Below are positions 37,629 to 46,800 of a stretch of DNA of 64,000 nucleotides, piece after piece; the first letter of the stretch is position 1; each line of letters starts with the position of its first letter. This DNA comes from Gemmataceae bacterium (lineage in GTDB: Bacteria > Planctomycetota > Planctomycetia > Gemmatales > Gemmataceae). The position numbers and the translations under genes are program-made. The notes beneath the pieces are model-generated. The model made no database searches and was not told the origin of the DNA. It saw nothing but the letters and a program-made list of their open reading frames with translations. Where the stretch lies: NCBI GenBank assembly GCA_965226945.1, contig OZ245717.1, positions 6,784,062-6,848,061 on the forward strand. The letters are read 5' to 3'.

Positions 37629-39422
37629 ATGTCTTATCGCGCTTTCAAGCGGCTCCTTGGCGAAACCAGCCTGGAAAGGAAGTGCCGGTTTTTGCTGGGC
37701 GGGTTCATTCTGCTTTTGATCAGCGGCAGTTTTTGGCTTTATGCCCGGCAAACGGAAAACCTTGCCTACGACCAGACCGAATCGCTTTGCCGCTTGCTTG
37801 TGCAAGACTTGGTGAATGAGAAGCTTGCGACCATATGCGGCGTGCAAAGCGCCGCAAGCTCCGGCTCGGCCAACCCTCCTTCCCAGAACCCAGGGCCGCC
37901 CAAAACACCAGTCGGTCAACCCGCGTCCGCTCCGGCCACTTCGGCCGAATCGCAGGCGGTGGAAAAGCTGCTCGCCGAATACGGCCGCACCTGGCAGCAG
38001 ACCTGGCCCAAGGCCCTGCGCGAATCGCGCATCACGATCTTTCGGCCCGGTTCGAACATCCCCGAAAAAATGCCCGACGATTCGCTCAGCCGAGAGCGCA
38101 TGAAAGAATTTCTGGCCGATCCCAATCGCAAGGAAGACAACCGTTTGATGTTGTCGCGGTCGATCAACCAGTATTACGGCGCCGTGCGCGCTTCGGCCGG
38201 CTGCGTCAACTGCCATCAAGCCAGTCAGCCGGGCCTTACCGAAGACGGGTTGATTGGACTGGTCCGGGTCGAGTTGACGATTCCCATCGACGACGCCATG
38301 GAACGGCGGGTCCATATCAACCGGGCGCTGCTCATCTCCACCGCCCTGGCCACCTCGCTTTTGATCATGAGCGCCAGCTACCTGATCGTGCGCTACGTCA
38401 TCGTCAAGCCGGTGAAGCATTTGAAGGAAGTCAGCGACGCGATCAGCGCCGGCGAATTGAATGTGCGCAGTGAAATCCAGACCGGCGACGAGTTTGAAGA
38501 CTTGAGCCATGCCTTCAACCGGATGCTGCGCAGCCTGGTCAACATGCAGGATCAGTTGCGCAAAGCGAATACCGATCTGGATCACAAGGTTGACGAACTG
38601 GCCCAGGCAAACCTGGCCCTGTATGAATCGAACCGGCTTAAAGGGGAGTTTTTGGCGACCGTTTCCCACGAATTGAAGACGCCGCTACACTCGATTCTTG
38701 GTTTCTCCGACGTGCTCACCGAATCGGGCGGCATGGGGGATAAACAGATCCGCTGGGTCGCCAATATTCGCGCTAGCGGCGAAAAGCTGATGAGTCTGAT
38801 CACCGACATCCTCGATCTGGCCAAGATCGAGGCGGGCAAAATGGGGATCAGGATAAGCGAATTCCAGCCCCTAGATCTTTGCGAGGGGCTTCTATCGATG
38901 TTCCGCCCGCTTGCCGAGCAGAAGAAGCTCGATTTGCGCGGTAACCTCGACGCCGTGCAGGACCTGACCGCCCGCCAGGATGTGGGCAAAATCCAGCAGA
39001 TTATCAGCAATCTGTTAAGCAACGCGATCAAGTTCACCCCGGAAGGGGGACAGGTCATCCTCTCGGCGCGGGCCAACGATGGCTTTCTGTTGATCGAGGT
39101 GGCGGATACCGGTGTCGGAATTGCTCCGGAAGAGCAGGAACTGGTGTTCGAGAAGTTTCGTCAGGTCGCCAATTTGTTAACTCGAGACTATTCGGGCACC
39201 GGGCTGGGCCTTTCGATCGTGCGCGAGCTTTGCCGGATCCTGGGCGGGGAAGTGTCACTTGAAAGCGAACTGGGTAAGGGCAGCCATTTCAAAGTGAAAC
39301 TACCCCTGGTGCGCGATGGCGACTCCCATCATGAAATTGAGATGGCCGAAGGGATCGATCTGACCCGGGCGCAAAAAGTCGACGCTCGTTTATTTGCATC
39401 CGGCGGCACGGCCGCCCCATAA
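37629..39422 (+). CDS. Sensor histidine kinase with a ~255-aa periplasmic domain carrying a single CXXCH motif, plus HAMP, HisKA and HATPase_c domains
   Basis: Two TM segments bracket a periplasmic region containing CVNCH (38202-38216). The H-box is LATVSHELKTPLHSILGFSDVL. The G-boxes are DTGVGIAPE and GTGLGLSIV. Confidence 0.85.
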   Translation: MSYRAFKRLLGETSLERKCRFLLGGFILLLISGSFWLYARQTENLAYDQTESLCRLLVQDLVNEKLATICGVQSAASSGSANPPSQNPGPPKTPVGQPASAPATSAESQAVEKLLAEYGRTWQQTWPKALRESRITIFRPGSNIPEKMPDDSLSRERMKEFLADPNRKEDNRLMLSRSINQYYGAVRASAGCVNCHQASQPGLTEDGLIGLVRVELTIPIDDAMERRVHINRALLISTALATSLLIMSASYLIVRYVIVKPVKHLKEVSDAISAGELNVRSEIQTGDEFEDLSHAFNRMLRSLVNMQDQLRKANTDLDHKVDELAQANLALYESNRLKGEFLATVSHELKTPLHSILGFSDVLTESGGMGDKQIRWVANIRASGEKLMSLITDILDLAKIEAGKMGIRISEFQPLDLCEGLLSMFRPLAEQKKLDLRGNLDAVQDLTARQDVGKIQQIISNLLSNAIKFTPEGGQVILSARANDGFLLIEVADTGVGIAPEEQELVFEKFRQVANLLTRDYSGTGLGLSIVRELCRILGGEVSLESELGKGSHFKVKLPLVRDGDSHHEIEMAEGIDLTRAQKVDARLFASGGTAAP

Positions 39423-39978
39423 AATGGATCACCGCAAAGGGATTTCCGGCCCAAACGGATTTCCGGCCCAAACGGATTTCCGGCCAATGTCGATCCTTTG
39501 GCGAAATCATTCTTGTGGAAACGCAAGGTTTGCCTTGAATTCCCATCAGAATGCGCCCCTTCGGCCAATCTATTGCCTCAGGATAAGCGTTTGATTCTTC
39601 AGGAGTATCGCAGGCGATTCTTACGAGGAATCTCGGGGCCAGCGTGAAGGGGCCCGGATTGCGGTGTCGGATCCGGTTGGGGAAATAGCGGTTGTAAGTT
39701 CGCCCGAAGTTCCATGCTGGAAAGATTTTGATGGACTTCCTTAAGGTGCGCTTATAATGGACCCATCGGGCCAGCGGGTTCGTCGTGGCTGGTGGAACAG
39801 GTTGGAAACGAATGAAAAGCGATTCACCCAGGGTCGAGCTGGTGCGCGCTTGTTCGTGGCCGCCTTCATGGATCGGGTGGCTGGATTCCTAATGCGGTTG
39901 GGCTCCCAAAGTCGGCGGGAGTCAACGAGTGCGCGGAACCCAGTAACGAAGGCGTAGGGCAAGAAGGGTGGATTTGGT

Positions 39979-41499
39979 ATGAGTAATGGTGTTCCCAACC
40001 CCTGGGAAATGCTGGAAGACGAAGGGACCCGGATGGACCCCGCCTTCGATGCGATACCCGTTCCCGAGGAACTGGCCGCTGTCGAGGACGAGCAAGCGGA
40101 AGCCGCGGTTGTTGATGAAAGCAACGGCCCCGACGATGCCCTTGGCCTTTACTTGCGCCAGATGGGAGCGATCCCGCTCCTTTCGAGAGTTCAAGAACTC
40201 GCACTGGCAGTAAAGCTCGAATGGAAGCGCAACCGCTATCGGCGTGCGACCCTGTGCGCCTGGAATACGGTCAATCGCGTTGTTCAGCACTTTGACCGGG
40301 TCATGGAAGGGGTCACCCCGATCGACCCGTCCATCGATGTGATCACCACACAGAATCTCACCCGCGAATTGATTACCCAGCGCCTGCCGCACAATATTGC
40401 CACCCTCAAGAAAATTCTGGTTCTCGCCGAAGACGATTTCCGCAACCTTTTGCGAGGCGTGAGCAGGCAAGCTCAAAGCCAGATCCGCCTGCGTCTTTGG
40501 CGCCTGCGCCGCAAAGCCGTTGCCCTCGTCGGTGAAATCTCGCCGCGCATCGATCTGCTTGAGCGCTGGAGCGAAGAATTCATCAACGAAGTTCGCAAGA
40601 TTGAAGAGACCTACACGGTTTCGGAAAGCACCGTTCGCTCCATGGCCGAACGGGAGAAGCGCACGCGCGCCGTTAAGGAATTGCGCGACTGGATGCTCAA
40701 GAACCTGGCCGATCCACTCGAGTCGATCCAGTTGATGAAGGTGATCCAAAATCGCCGGACCCAGTTCCAAAATGCCCGCCGCGAACTGGCCGAAGGCAAC
40801 CTGCGCCTCGTTGTGTCGATCGCCAAGAGATACCGCACCCGCGGTTTACCGTTCTCCGACCTGATTCAAGAAGGCAATCGCGGCCTGATGCGCGCCGTTG
40901 ACAAGTACGAGCACCGTCTCGGCTACAAATTCGGCACCTATGCCACCTGGTGGATTCGCCAGGGGATTACCCGCGCCATCGCCGACAATGCCCGCACCAT
41001 CCGTGTTCCCTGCCATCAGGTTGGCACGCTTGCCGCCGTGGAACGAGTTCGTGGCGAACTATCGATCAGCACCGGGCGCGAACCGAGCATCGAGGAAATT
41101 GCCGCGGTTCTGGGCGTCAGCGCCGAAGAGACCAAGTCGCTACGAATCGTTTCCCGCCAACCGGTCAGCCTGCATGAGCCTCTGGGCGGCGAAGGGGAAA
41201 GGGCCCTGGAAGATTTCCTCAACGATCCTTCCGCGGCGAATCCTGGCCTGGCGGTCGATCAGCACCTGCTGCGCGACCGGATCGGCGAAGTTTTGCGCTC
41301 GCTGACTCCGCGCGAACGCGAAGTCATCGAGTTGCGCTTTGGCCTCAAGGATGGCCAGCCCCGCACGCTTGAAGAAGTGGCCCGGACCTACGGCATCACG
41401 CGCGAGCGCATCCGCCAAATCGAGGCGCGCGGCTTGTTGAAGTTGCGCCAACCCAACAGGAGCCAGCGCCTGTCGGAGTTCGCGGAGATGAATATCTAG
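39979..41499 (+). CDS. rpoD: RNA polymerase sigma-70 factor (RpoD/SigA-like)
   Basis: Region 2 is [58 protein letters not shown]. Region 4 is [28 protein letters not shown]. Confidence 0.85.
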   Translation: MSNGVPNPWEMLEDEGTRMDPAFDAIPVPEELAAVEDEQAEAAVVDESNGPDDALGLYLRQMGAIPLLSRVQELALAVKLEWKRNRYRRATLCAWNTVNRVVQHFDRVMEGVTPIDPSIDVITTQNLTRELITQRLPHNIATLKKILVLAEDDFRNLLRGVSRQAQSQIRLRLWRLRRKAVALVGEISPRIDLLERWSEEFINEVRKIEETYTVSESTVRSMAEREKRTRAVKELRDWMLKNLADPLESIQLMKVIQNRRTQFQNARRELAEGNLRLVVSIAKRYRTRGLPFSDLIQEGNRGLMRAVDKYEHRLGYKFGTYATWWIRQGITRAIADNARTIRVPCHQVGTLAAVERVRGELSISTGREPSIEEIAAVLGVSAEETKSLRIVSRQPVSLHEPLGGEGERALEDFLNDPSAANPGLAVDQHLLRDRIGEVLRSLTPREREVIELRFGLKDGQPRTLEEVARTYGITRERIRQIEARGLLKLRQPNRSQRLSEFAEMNI

Positions 41500-41608
41500 T
41501 GATTGGCGAACAGGAGCCAGCGTCTGTCGGAATTCGCGGAGATGAATATCTAGTGATTGGCGAAACAGGAGCCAGCGTCTGTCGGAATTCGCGGAGATGA
41601 ATATTTAG
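41457..41608 (+). repeat. Three-copy tandem direct repeat (~54-55 bp unit) duplicating the last 43 nt of the rpoD-like gene, stop codon included
   Basis: Copy 1 (41457-41510) is caggagccagcgcctgtcggagttcgcggagatgaatatctagtgattggcgaa and contains the native stop. Copy 2 (41511-41565) and the partial copy 3 (41566-41608) differ from copy 1 at two positions and are nearly identical to each other. Confidence 0.8.
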
Positions 41609-41712
41609 TTGGTTTGATAGACAAAAGAAATTATCAAGATCATAGAAAAAGCCGAAGCCTGATAGGTGTTTGCTAGTATAAAAACAGCAAATATCCGTCA
41701 GGCTTTCGCCAT

Positions 41713-42498
41713 TTGATCGCGCTCACTTGGCCGGCCAGGGAGTGGCCGACTTTGGAAATCCTGCACTTCTTCTATCTCGGATCTCTGCTGATCAACTGGC
41801 TTGACCGCACCCTCTTTCAGGCCCGTCCCGAGTCGTTTTCCCAGTTGCGCGATCTCATGGTTGATTCGGCCGGAACGCTCGACCGCGAACCGGTGCTCGT
41901 GGGGCCCATCAGGCGCCCCTTTGCAGTGGGCTTCAATATGGTGCTCGCTTTTCCGATCGCCTGGTTCACCGCGCTGGCCATCGCGCTTGGGCCGATCGAT
42001 TTTCTCGCCCGGCCGATGTGCGGCCCCGGTCCCGTTCTCGAAATGATCGAGGCGATCTCGCTGGCAATCGTTTTGATTGGAATCTGGATCGTCGCGACGC
42101 GCTGGCTACTCAAGTGGTACTGGTTTGCGGCACTGGAAATGACGCGCGAAGGGGTTTCGTGCCGAATGGGAAATAAACGGATGTTCTTACCCTGGTTCCT
42201 GCTTGATTGCCTGCCTTCGGAACCCTTCATCGACAAGGCTTCGGAAGAACCCATGGCGGCAATTCGCCCGCCACGGGGGATGAACGCCCAGGACAGCGTG
42301 CGCTATTTCGAAAACGAAGAACCGCGCAAGCCGTGGGACCAGGCGCTTTTCCCCATTCAGGTGGGGCCCACAGGGCTTCTGCTCTTTTCCAACTGGTTTG
42401 CGATTCCTCATCAACTCCTGGCAAAAATGCTGGCGGCCCTGGCAGCCAACCAGGTGCTGTGCGGCAAGGGAGGATTTCCGCAGGAGTTTCCAAAGTAG
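41713..42498 (+). CDS. Hypothetical membrane protein (start uncertain)
   Basis: 261-aa ORF with 3-4 hydrophobic helices (VLAFPIAWFTALAIALGPI; ISLAIVLIGIWIVATRWLL). The TTG start at 41713 is weak; ATG 41857 is an alternative. Confidence 0.35.
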   Translation: MIALTWPAREWPTLEILHFFYLGSLLINWLDRTLFQARPESFSQLRDLMVDSAGTLDREPVLVGPIRRPFAVGFNMVLAFPIAWFTALAIALGPIDFLARPMCGPGPVLEMIEAISLAIVLIGIWIVATRWLLKWYWFAALEMTREGVSCRMGNKRMFLPWFLLDCLPSEPFIDKASEEPMAAIRPPRGMNAQDSVRYFENEEPRKPWDQALFPIQVGPTGLLLFSNWFAIPHQLLAKMLAALAANQVLCGKGGFPQEFPK

Positions 42499-42523
42499 CG
42501 ACAGAAAAGCGGCATGGCGCGCG

Positions 42524-42790
42524 TTACGGCTTTTCTGGCGGCTCATAGTCGGCCATATCGATCTCCCGGCGGATGGCCTGGAGCATTTCGGCGGCGTTGG
42601 CGTCGTCGATTTGCCCAGGTTGAACGCGCGTCGAAGGTTCACGCGCAAGCGGCTTGGCAGGGATAATCGGTTTCTCCTCCTTGTCCTTTTTGACGACCAT
42701 TGGGAAAAACGAAGGGACGCAACCGATTCCGGTGGCCATCGAACCACAGAAGAGCGCGGTCATCAAAAGATAGTGTCTTTGCTTTTTCAT
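42524..42790 (-). CDS. Small lipoprotein (88 aa)
   Basis: The internal ATG gives MKKQRHYLLMTALFCGSMATGIGC, a lipobox-type signal. Its ATG overlaps the upstream gene's stop as ATGA. The 184-aa R-rich N-terminal extension in the ORF track is rejected. Confidence 0.45.
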   Translation of the reverse strand: MKKQRHYLLMTALFCGSMATGIGCVPSFFPMVVKKDKEEKPIIPAKPLAREPSTRVQPGQIDDANAAEMLQAIRREIDMADYEPPEKP

Positions 42791-43368
42791 TGATCTTGCT
42801 CCTTGGAGCTCTTCTTGCTTGCCGATGCGTCGGCGGTGGCATCTTTTTCCTTGGCTTTGTCGCGGGCGAAGAATCGCGCGCGGGCGTCGTTGGCGGGCGC
42901 CTTGCCCGACTTCGCCAGCGATTTGGAAATGGCGACTTCGTCGTTGGAACCGCCTGTCGCCGAGAGGAACTTCGTTTTGCGGTTGTACACTTCTTGAATG
43001 CGGCCTTGCAGTTCCTCGATTTGGCGCTGCATCGCCAAATCGTTGCGCTGAATCGCGATTTCCATCAATTTGTCGCACGATTCCAGGCGGCGGAAGTACT
43101 CGTTTTCTTCCTGGGCGCGCTTGCTCGCCTGCTGATAAAGAAGCATGGCTTCGTCGTTTTCGGCTGCTTTCGACTTGTCTTGAATGTCGGCCTCAACGGT
43201 TTTGACATTCTTGTCCTTGCCAAACCATTTTGACCAGAACGAGGGCTTCTTTTGCGTCGCCTCAGGTTCGTCGGCTCGGACTGCTTGGCCTAGGAATACC
43301 AAGCCCAGGCAGGCTCCCCCTACAATCTTTCTCAATTTGCCGATCTTCCATAGTTTCATGGACTGCAT
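42787..43368 (-). CDS. Secreted, highly charged coiled-coil protein
   Basis: Signal peptide (MQSMKLWKIGKLRKIVGGACLGLVFLGQAVRA), then Lys/Glu/Gln-rich predicted coiled coil (LLYQQASKRAQEENEYFRRLE ... QRQIEELQGRIQEVYNRK). Translationally coupled (ATGA) to the lipoprotein gene. Confidence 0.55.
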   Translation of the reverse strand: MQSMKLWKIGKLRKIVGGACLGLVFLGQAVRADEPEATQKKPSFWSKWFGKDKNVKTVEADIQDKSKAAENDEAMLLYQQASKRAQEENEYFRRLESCDKLMEIAIQRNDLAMQRQIEELQGRIQEVYNRKTKFLSATGGSNDEVAISKSLAKSGKAPANDARARFFARDKAKEKDATADASASKKSSKEQDQ

Positions 43369-43578
43369 TTCCGTTTCCCCCCGAAAACGAATTCCTCAAC
43401 TGAGGAAAATCACCAACCGTGTTTGCCCTATGCCGGGGCCCGGAAACGGTGTCCATACCACCTTTCAAAAAAATAAAGATTTTGAATTATTTACACTCCC
43501 TTGGGAGATGAGTTTGAAACCTTAGAATGGCCACTGTGTCGCTCGCGGACTGTCTCGGTACGGGATGCCTGGAAACGC

Positions 43579-45330
43579 ATGATTCATAAGGGAATTTCGC
43601 TGGCCGCGGGGGTTGCCGTGGGCCGGGCCTTCCGACTGGAGCCAGGTTGGGGACCGCACACGGCCGAACCGGTCAAACCGGAAGAAGTGGCAATCGAAAT
43701 CGCGCGCTTTGAAGAAGCCTGCCAGGCAGCTGAAAAGGACCTCCAAGCGACCGCGAAACAGACCGAAAAAGCGGCCGGTCCCAAGGAAGCCGAAATCTTT
43801 CGGGCCCACCATGCGCTCGTACGCGACCCGTTCTTCGTTTCCCGGGTGCGCTCGCTCATCACCGAAAATCACTGGAGCGCGGAACGGTCCGTGCGCCACA
43901 TCCTCGACGAGTTCGAGGCGATCCTCAAGCGCATGTCGAGCGGCAACCACGCCGAACGGGTCGTCGATCTGCGCGATGTGCTGGGCAGAATCCTTGGCCA
44001 CCTGCATGGCCGGCCCGAGCAGCGCGTGCCCGAAGGCGAACCAGTTGTTCTCGTCGCACTCGAATTTCTGCCCTCGTTTGCCTATTTGCTTGACCGCGAC
44101 AACGTGGTGGCCCTGGTGACCGAGACCGGCGGCGCGACCAGCCACGGCGCGATCCTGGCCAGGGCCCTTGGAATTCCCGCGGTCTCGGGCGTGCGCGGGT
44201 TGCTTGGCCACATTCAGGAAAACGACCTGCTCGCCGTCGACGGGCGTGAGGGCCGAGTTCACCTCAACCCCGGCCCGGAACGGGTCGCGGCGTTTCGCAA
44301 GCTCAATCGTGAATATCACGACATCAAGTCGCGCCTTATCGAAAACCGCGATTTGCAACCGATCAACCCCGAAGGGGTCCGCTGTGAACTCCTGGCCAAC
44401 GTCAACTCCGCGGCCGACGCCCGCATGGCCTGCCAGGTAGGGGCCGACGGCGTCGGCCTTTATCGCACCGAATACCTGTTCCTCAATCTCGGCCATTTGC
44501 CCGACGAGGAAGAGCAGTACCAGACCTACCGCGAAGTGGTCGAGTCTTCGCCCAACAAGCGCGTGACGATCCGCACGATCGATGTCGGCGGCGATAAGCA
44601 GCTCCCCCTCTTGTCGGTGCCGGGCGAGGCCAATCCCTTCATGGGTTTTCGCAGCATCCGCATGGTGAAGCAGCATCCCGAGTTTTTCCGCACGCAGATC
44701 CGCGCGATTTTGCGCGCCGCGGCCCACGGCGATGTCTCGCTTTTATTTCCGATGATCAGCAGGGTGGAAGAGGTCGTTTATCTGCGCCGATTCCTCGACG
44801 ACACGATCGGCAAGCTTTCCAACGACGGCTTGGCCTTTCAGGCCGACATCCCGGTCGGAATCATGATCGAGGTGCCCTCGGTCGCCTTGGGGCTCTCCAA
44901 ATTCCTAGATCTCGTCGATTTCGTTTCGATCGGATCCAATGACCTGATCCAGTACATGATGGCCGCCGACCGCGACAATCCTCGCGTCGCGCACCTGTGC
45001 GAACCGTTCAACCCCACCGTCTACGCCCTGATCTCTCGCATTCTCGACGAATGCGCCAAGCATACCAAGCGCGTGACGATCTGCGGGGAGATGGCCGGCC
45101 TGCCGCGCTGCTTTTTGCCCCTTTTCGGATACGGAATGCGTAGTTTCAGCATGAGCCCGGCCCTTCTGCCGACGATCAAGGAAACCTTGAGGCGGCTGCC
45201 TTTGAGGCGCGCGCAAGCGATCGGCAGAAAGGTGAAAAGGCTCATTTCCGTAAAAGCGACCCGCAACTATTTGAGCCGACAGGCGCTCGAGATCTGGCCC
45301 GAAGTCAAAATGGTCGATGTGCGCCGCTAA
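43579..45330 (+). CDS. ptsI: Phosphoenolpyruvate-protein phosphotransferase (PTS enzyme I)
   Basis: GGATSHGAILARALGIPAV (the catalytic His region of PEP-utilising enzymes). The C-terminal TIM-barrel motifs are RTIDVGGDK and IGSNDLIQY. The start was reassigned to ATG 43579 (MIHKGISLAAG). Confidence 0.85.
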   Translation: MIHKGISLAAGVAVGRAFRLEPGWGPHTAEPVKPEEVAIEIARFEEACQAAEKDLQATAKQTEKAAGPKEAEIFRAHHALVRDPFFVSRVRSLITENHWSAERSVRHILDEFEAILKRMSSGNHAERVVDLRDVLGRILGHLHGRPEQRVPEGEPVVLVALEFLPSFAYLLDRDNVVALVTETGGATSHGAILARALGIPAVSGVRGLLGHIQENDLLAVDGREGRVHLNPGPERVAAFRKLNREYHDIKSRLIENRDLQPINPEGVRCELLANVNSAADARMACQVGADGVGLYRTEYLFLNLGHLPDEEEQYQTYREVVESSPNKRVTIRTIDVGGDKQLPLLSVPGEANPFMGFRSIRMVKQHPEFFRTQIRAILRAAAHGDVSLLFPMISRVEEVVYLRRFLDDTIGKLSNDGLAFQADIPVGIMIEVPSVALGLSKFLDLVDFVSIGSNDLIQYMMAADRDNPRVAHLCEPFNPTVYALISRILDECAKHTKRVTICGEMAGLPRCFLPLFGYGMRSFSMSPALLPTIKETLRRLPLRRAQAIGRKVKRLISVKATRNYLSRQALEIWPEVKMVDVRR

Positions 45331-45360
45331 GAGCGCCACCGGCGGTGCGGGCGCGGGCAG

Positions 45361-45546
45361 TTATCCCTCTTTTTTCTTCGCTTCCTTTTCGGCGACCGAG
45401 GCCACATAGGCCTTGAACGCGCCAATGTTGTAGGAAACGAACAAGAAGGCGTGATGCAGCGCCAGATATTCGGGCGACTCGACATCGTCTTGATATTCCT
45501 TGCGCAGGGCGTGCAACTGGGCTAGGAGAGGCTCGGGTTCCAACAT
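45361..45546 (-). CDS. Small hypothetical protein (61 aa)
   Basis: An ORF in the convergent gap between ptsI and the MBL hydrolase. There is no homology signal; it was retained only because it does not overlap neighbouring genes. Confidence 0.25.
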   Translation of the reverse strand: MLEPEPLLAQLHALRKEYQDDVESPEYLALHHAFLFVSYNIGAFKAYVASVAEKEAKKKEG

Positions 45547-45611
45547 TGTTTTAATTTCCTACCTTATCTATGTTAAATTTTTCTCTGGACTCTTTGGCCT
45601 GTACTTTATCT

Positions 45612-46646
45612 CTAGTCTGTCTGTTCGCGGAAATCAAACAGGTCGTCTTTGGGAAACTTGCCGAGTGGCATTTGAGGGAGCGTTTTCTTTTGTGTTCCTT
45701 GAGCGGAGGCTCTGCCGGCGTTTGGCGAGGGATTGCTGGTAAGGGGGGCGTTGGCAAGGCGGGTGTTGGGGGCGGTGCGCAGTTCGCGTGGGCGGGCGAG
45801 TTTTGCACTCCAGGCGATGCGTAAGCTTGCCGTGCCGGGCTCGCAGGTCCAGAGGCGTGGGACGCGATCGGTCAAAGGCGAACCGCTGGCTGGGAAGGCC
45901 TTCAAGGCGCGCACCGCCTTGCGCGCCAGTTGGATCTTGTTGCAACTGCGGCTTAAGTGCAGTTGCACAACGCCCTTGAGCGGGCGCGACTGGGACAACT
46001 CGCGAATGCGCGCAAGACACTGGCCGGCTTGCGTATTGGAAAGATGGCCGCCATCGCCCAGATTTCGTTGAATCAAAAACCAGGGGCGGCCGCTTCGAAG
46101 CTGCATCGTTTCGTCATGATTGAATTCGAGGCCAAGCAGGTCGCAGTTGGCGGCAAAGCGGGCGATCGCTTCGTCCCACACCCCAAGATCGGTCATATAT
46201 CCGAGGCGCAATCCGGGTTCGAAAAGCCCATGGTCCAGTTCGAACACAAATGCCTGATTGATCATGTCGCCGTGGGGAATCGGGTGCGAAAACGCCTCCC
46301 AACCCGGGAAGAGGCGATTGACCTGGCCGATTTTGAGCGGAACGAGTTTCTTGCGTAAGTAGGAGGTCAGGCCTGCTCTGGCGGCGAGGTCGCTAAAATG
46401 GCTCTCATGGGCAAACACCGGCAAATCGCGAAAAAGGATGTCGCGCACCAATCCGACATGACAATGATCGGCATGAATATGACTGACGATGAGGCCGGAG
46501 ATTTCATCGGGATCGATCCGGTGGCGCCTCAGAGCGCTGTGCAGCCTACTTGGGGCAATTCCCCCGTCCACGAGCAGGGCGCGGCCTTGCCAGCGTAAAA
46601 CCGAGGCATTGCCCGTGCTTCCCGATTCGAGAATGATCCATTCCAT
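45612..46646 (-). CDS. MBL-fold metallo-hydrolase
   Basis: MEWIILESGSTGNASV ... VSHIHADHCHVG (HxHxDH motif). The start was reassigned to ATG 46646. Confidence 0.7.
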   Translation of the reverse strand: MEWIILESGSTGNASVLRWQGRALLVDGGIAPSRLHSALRRHRIDPDEISGLIVSHIHADHCHVGLVRDILFRDLPVFAHESHFSDLAARAGLTSYLRKKLVPLKIGQVNRLFPGWEAFSHPIPHGDMINQAFVFELDHGLFEPGLRLGYMTDLGVWDEAIARFAANCDLLGLEFNHDETMQLRSGRPWFLIQRNLGDGGHLSNTQAGQCLARIRELSQSRPLKGVVQLHLSRSCNKIQLARKAVRALKAFPASGSPLTDRVPRLWTCEPGTASLRIAWSAKLARPRELRTAPNTRLANAPLTSNPSPNAGRASAQGTQKKTLPQMPLGKFPKDDLFDFREQTD

Positions 46647-46800
46647 TCGAAAGTTTGCTTGGGTGTTCTTTTGAGGGGTTTTCTGTTCTTTTGTTTGCTT
46701 TTCCATGGGCGCACTGGGTGGATTATCGAGGATTCGCCTTAAAATGGAACATGGGCACCGAGATTGTGCCTGCCCGCCTTTGCGAATGGAGTCTCCTTTT

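Noticed and set aside
37365-38669. 434-aa minus-strand ORF
   Set aside because: Antisense to the mutM 3' end and the histidine kinase 5' half. Arg/Gly/Gln-rich with no domain.
39922-40770. 282-aa minus-strand ORF
   Set aside because: Antisense to the rpoD-like gene.
41457-41608. Possible CRISPR array at the rpoD 3' tandem repeat
   Set aside because: There are only three copies, the repeats are contiguous with no unique spacers, and copy 1 is genic. This is a tandem duplication, not a CRISPR array.
42524-43078. 184-aa minus-strand ORF
   Set aside because: The N-terminal 96 residues are an Arg-rich alternate-frame read-through overlapping the real upstream gene (42787..43368). Only the C-terminal 88 aa, starting at a lipoprotein signal with ATGA coupling, were kept.
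43522-44727. 401-aa minus-strand ORF
   Set aside because: Entirely antisense to ptsI, whose identity is unambiguous.
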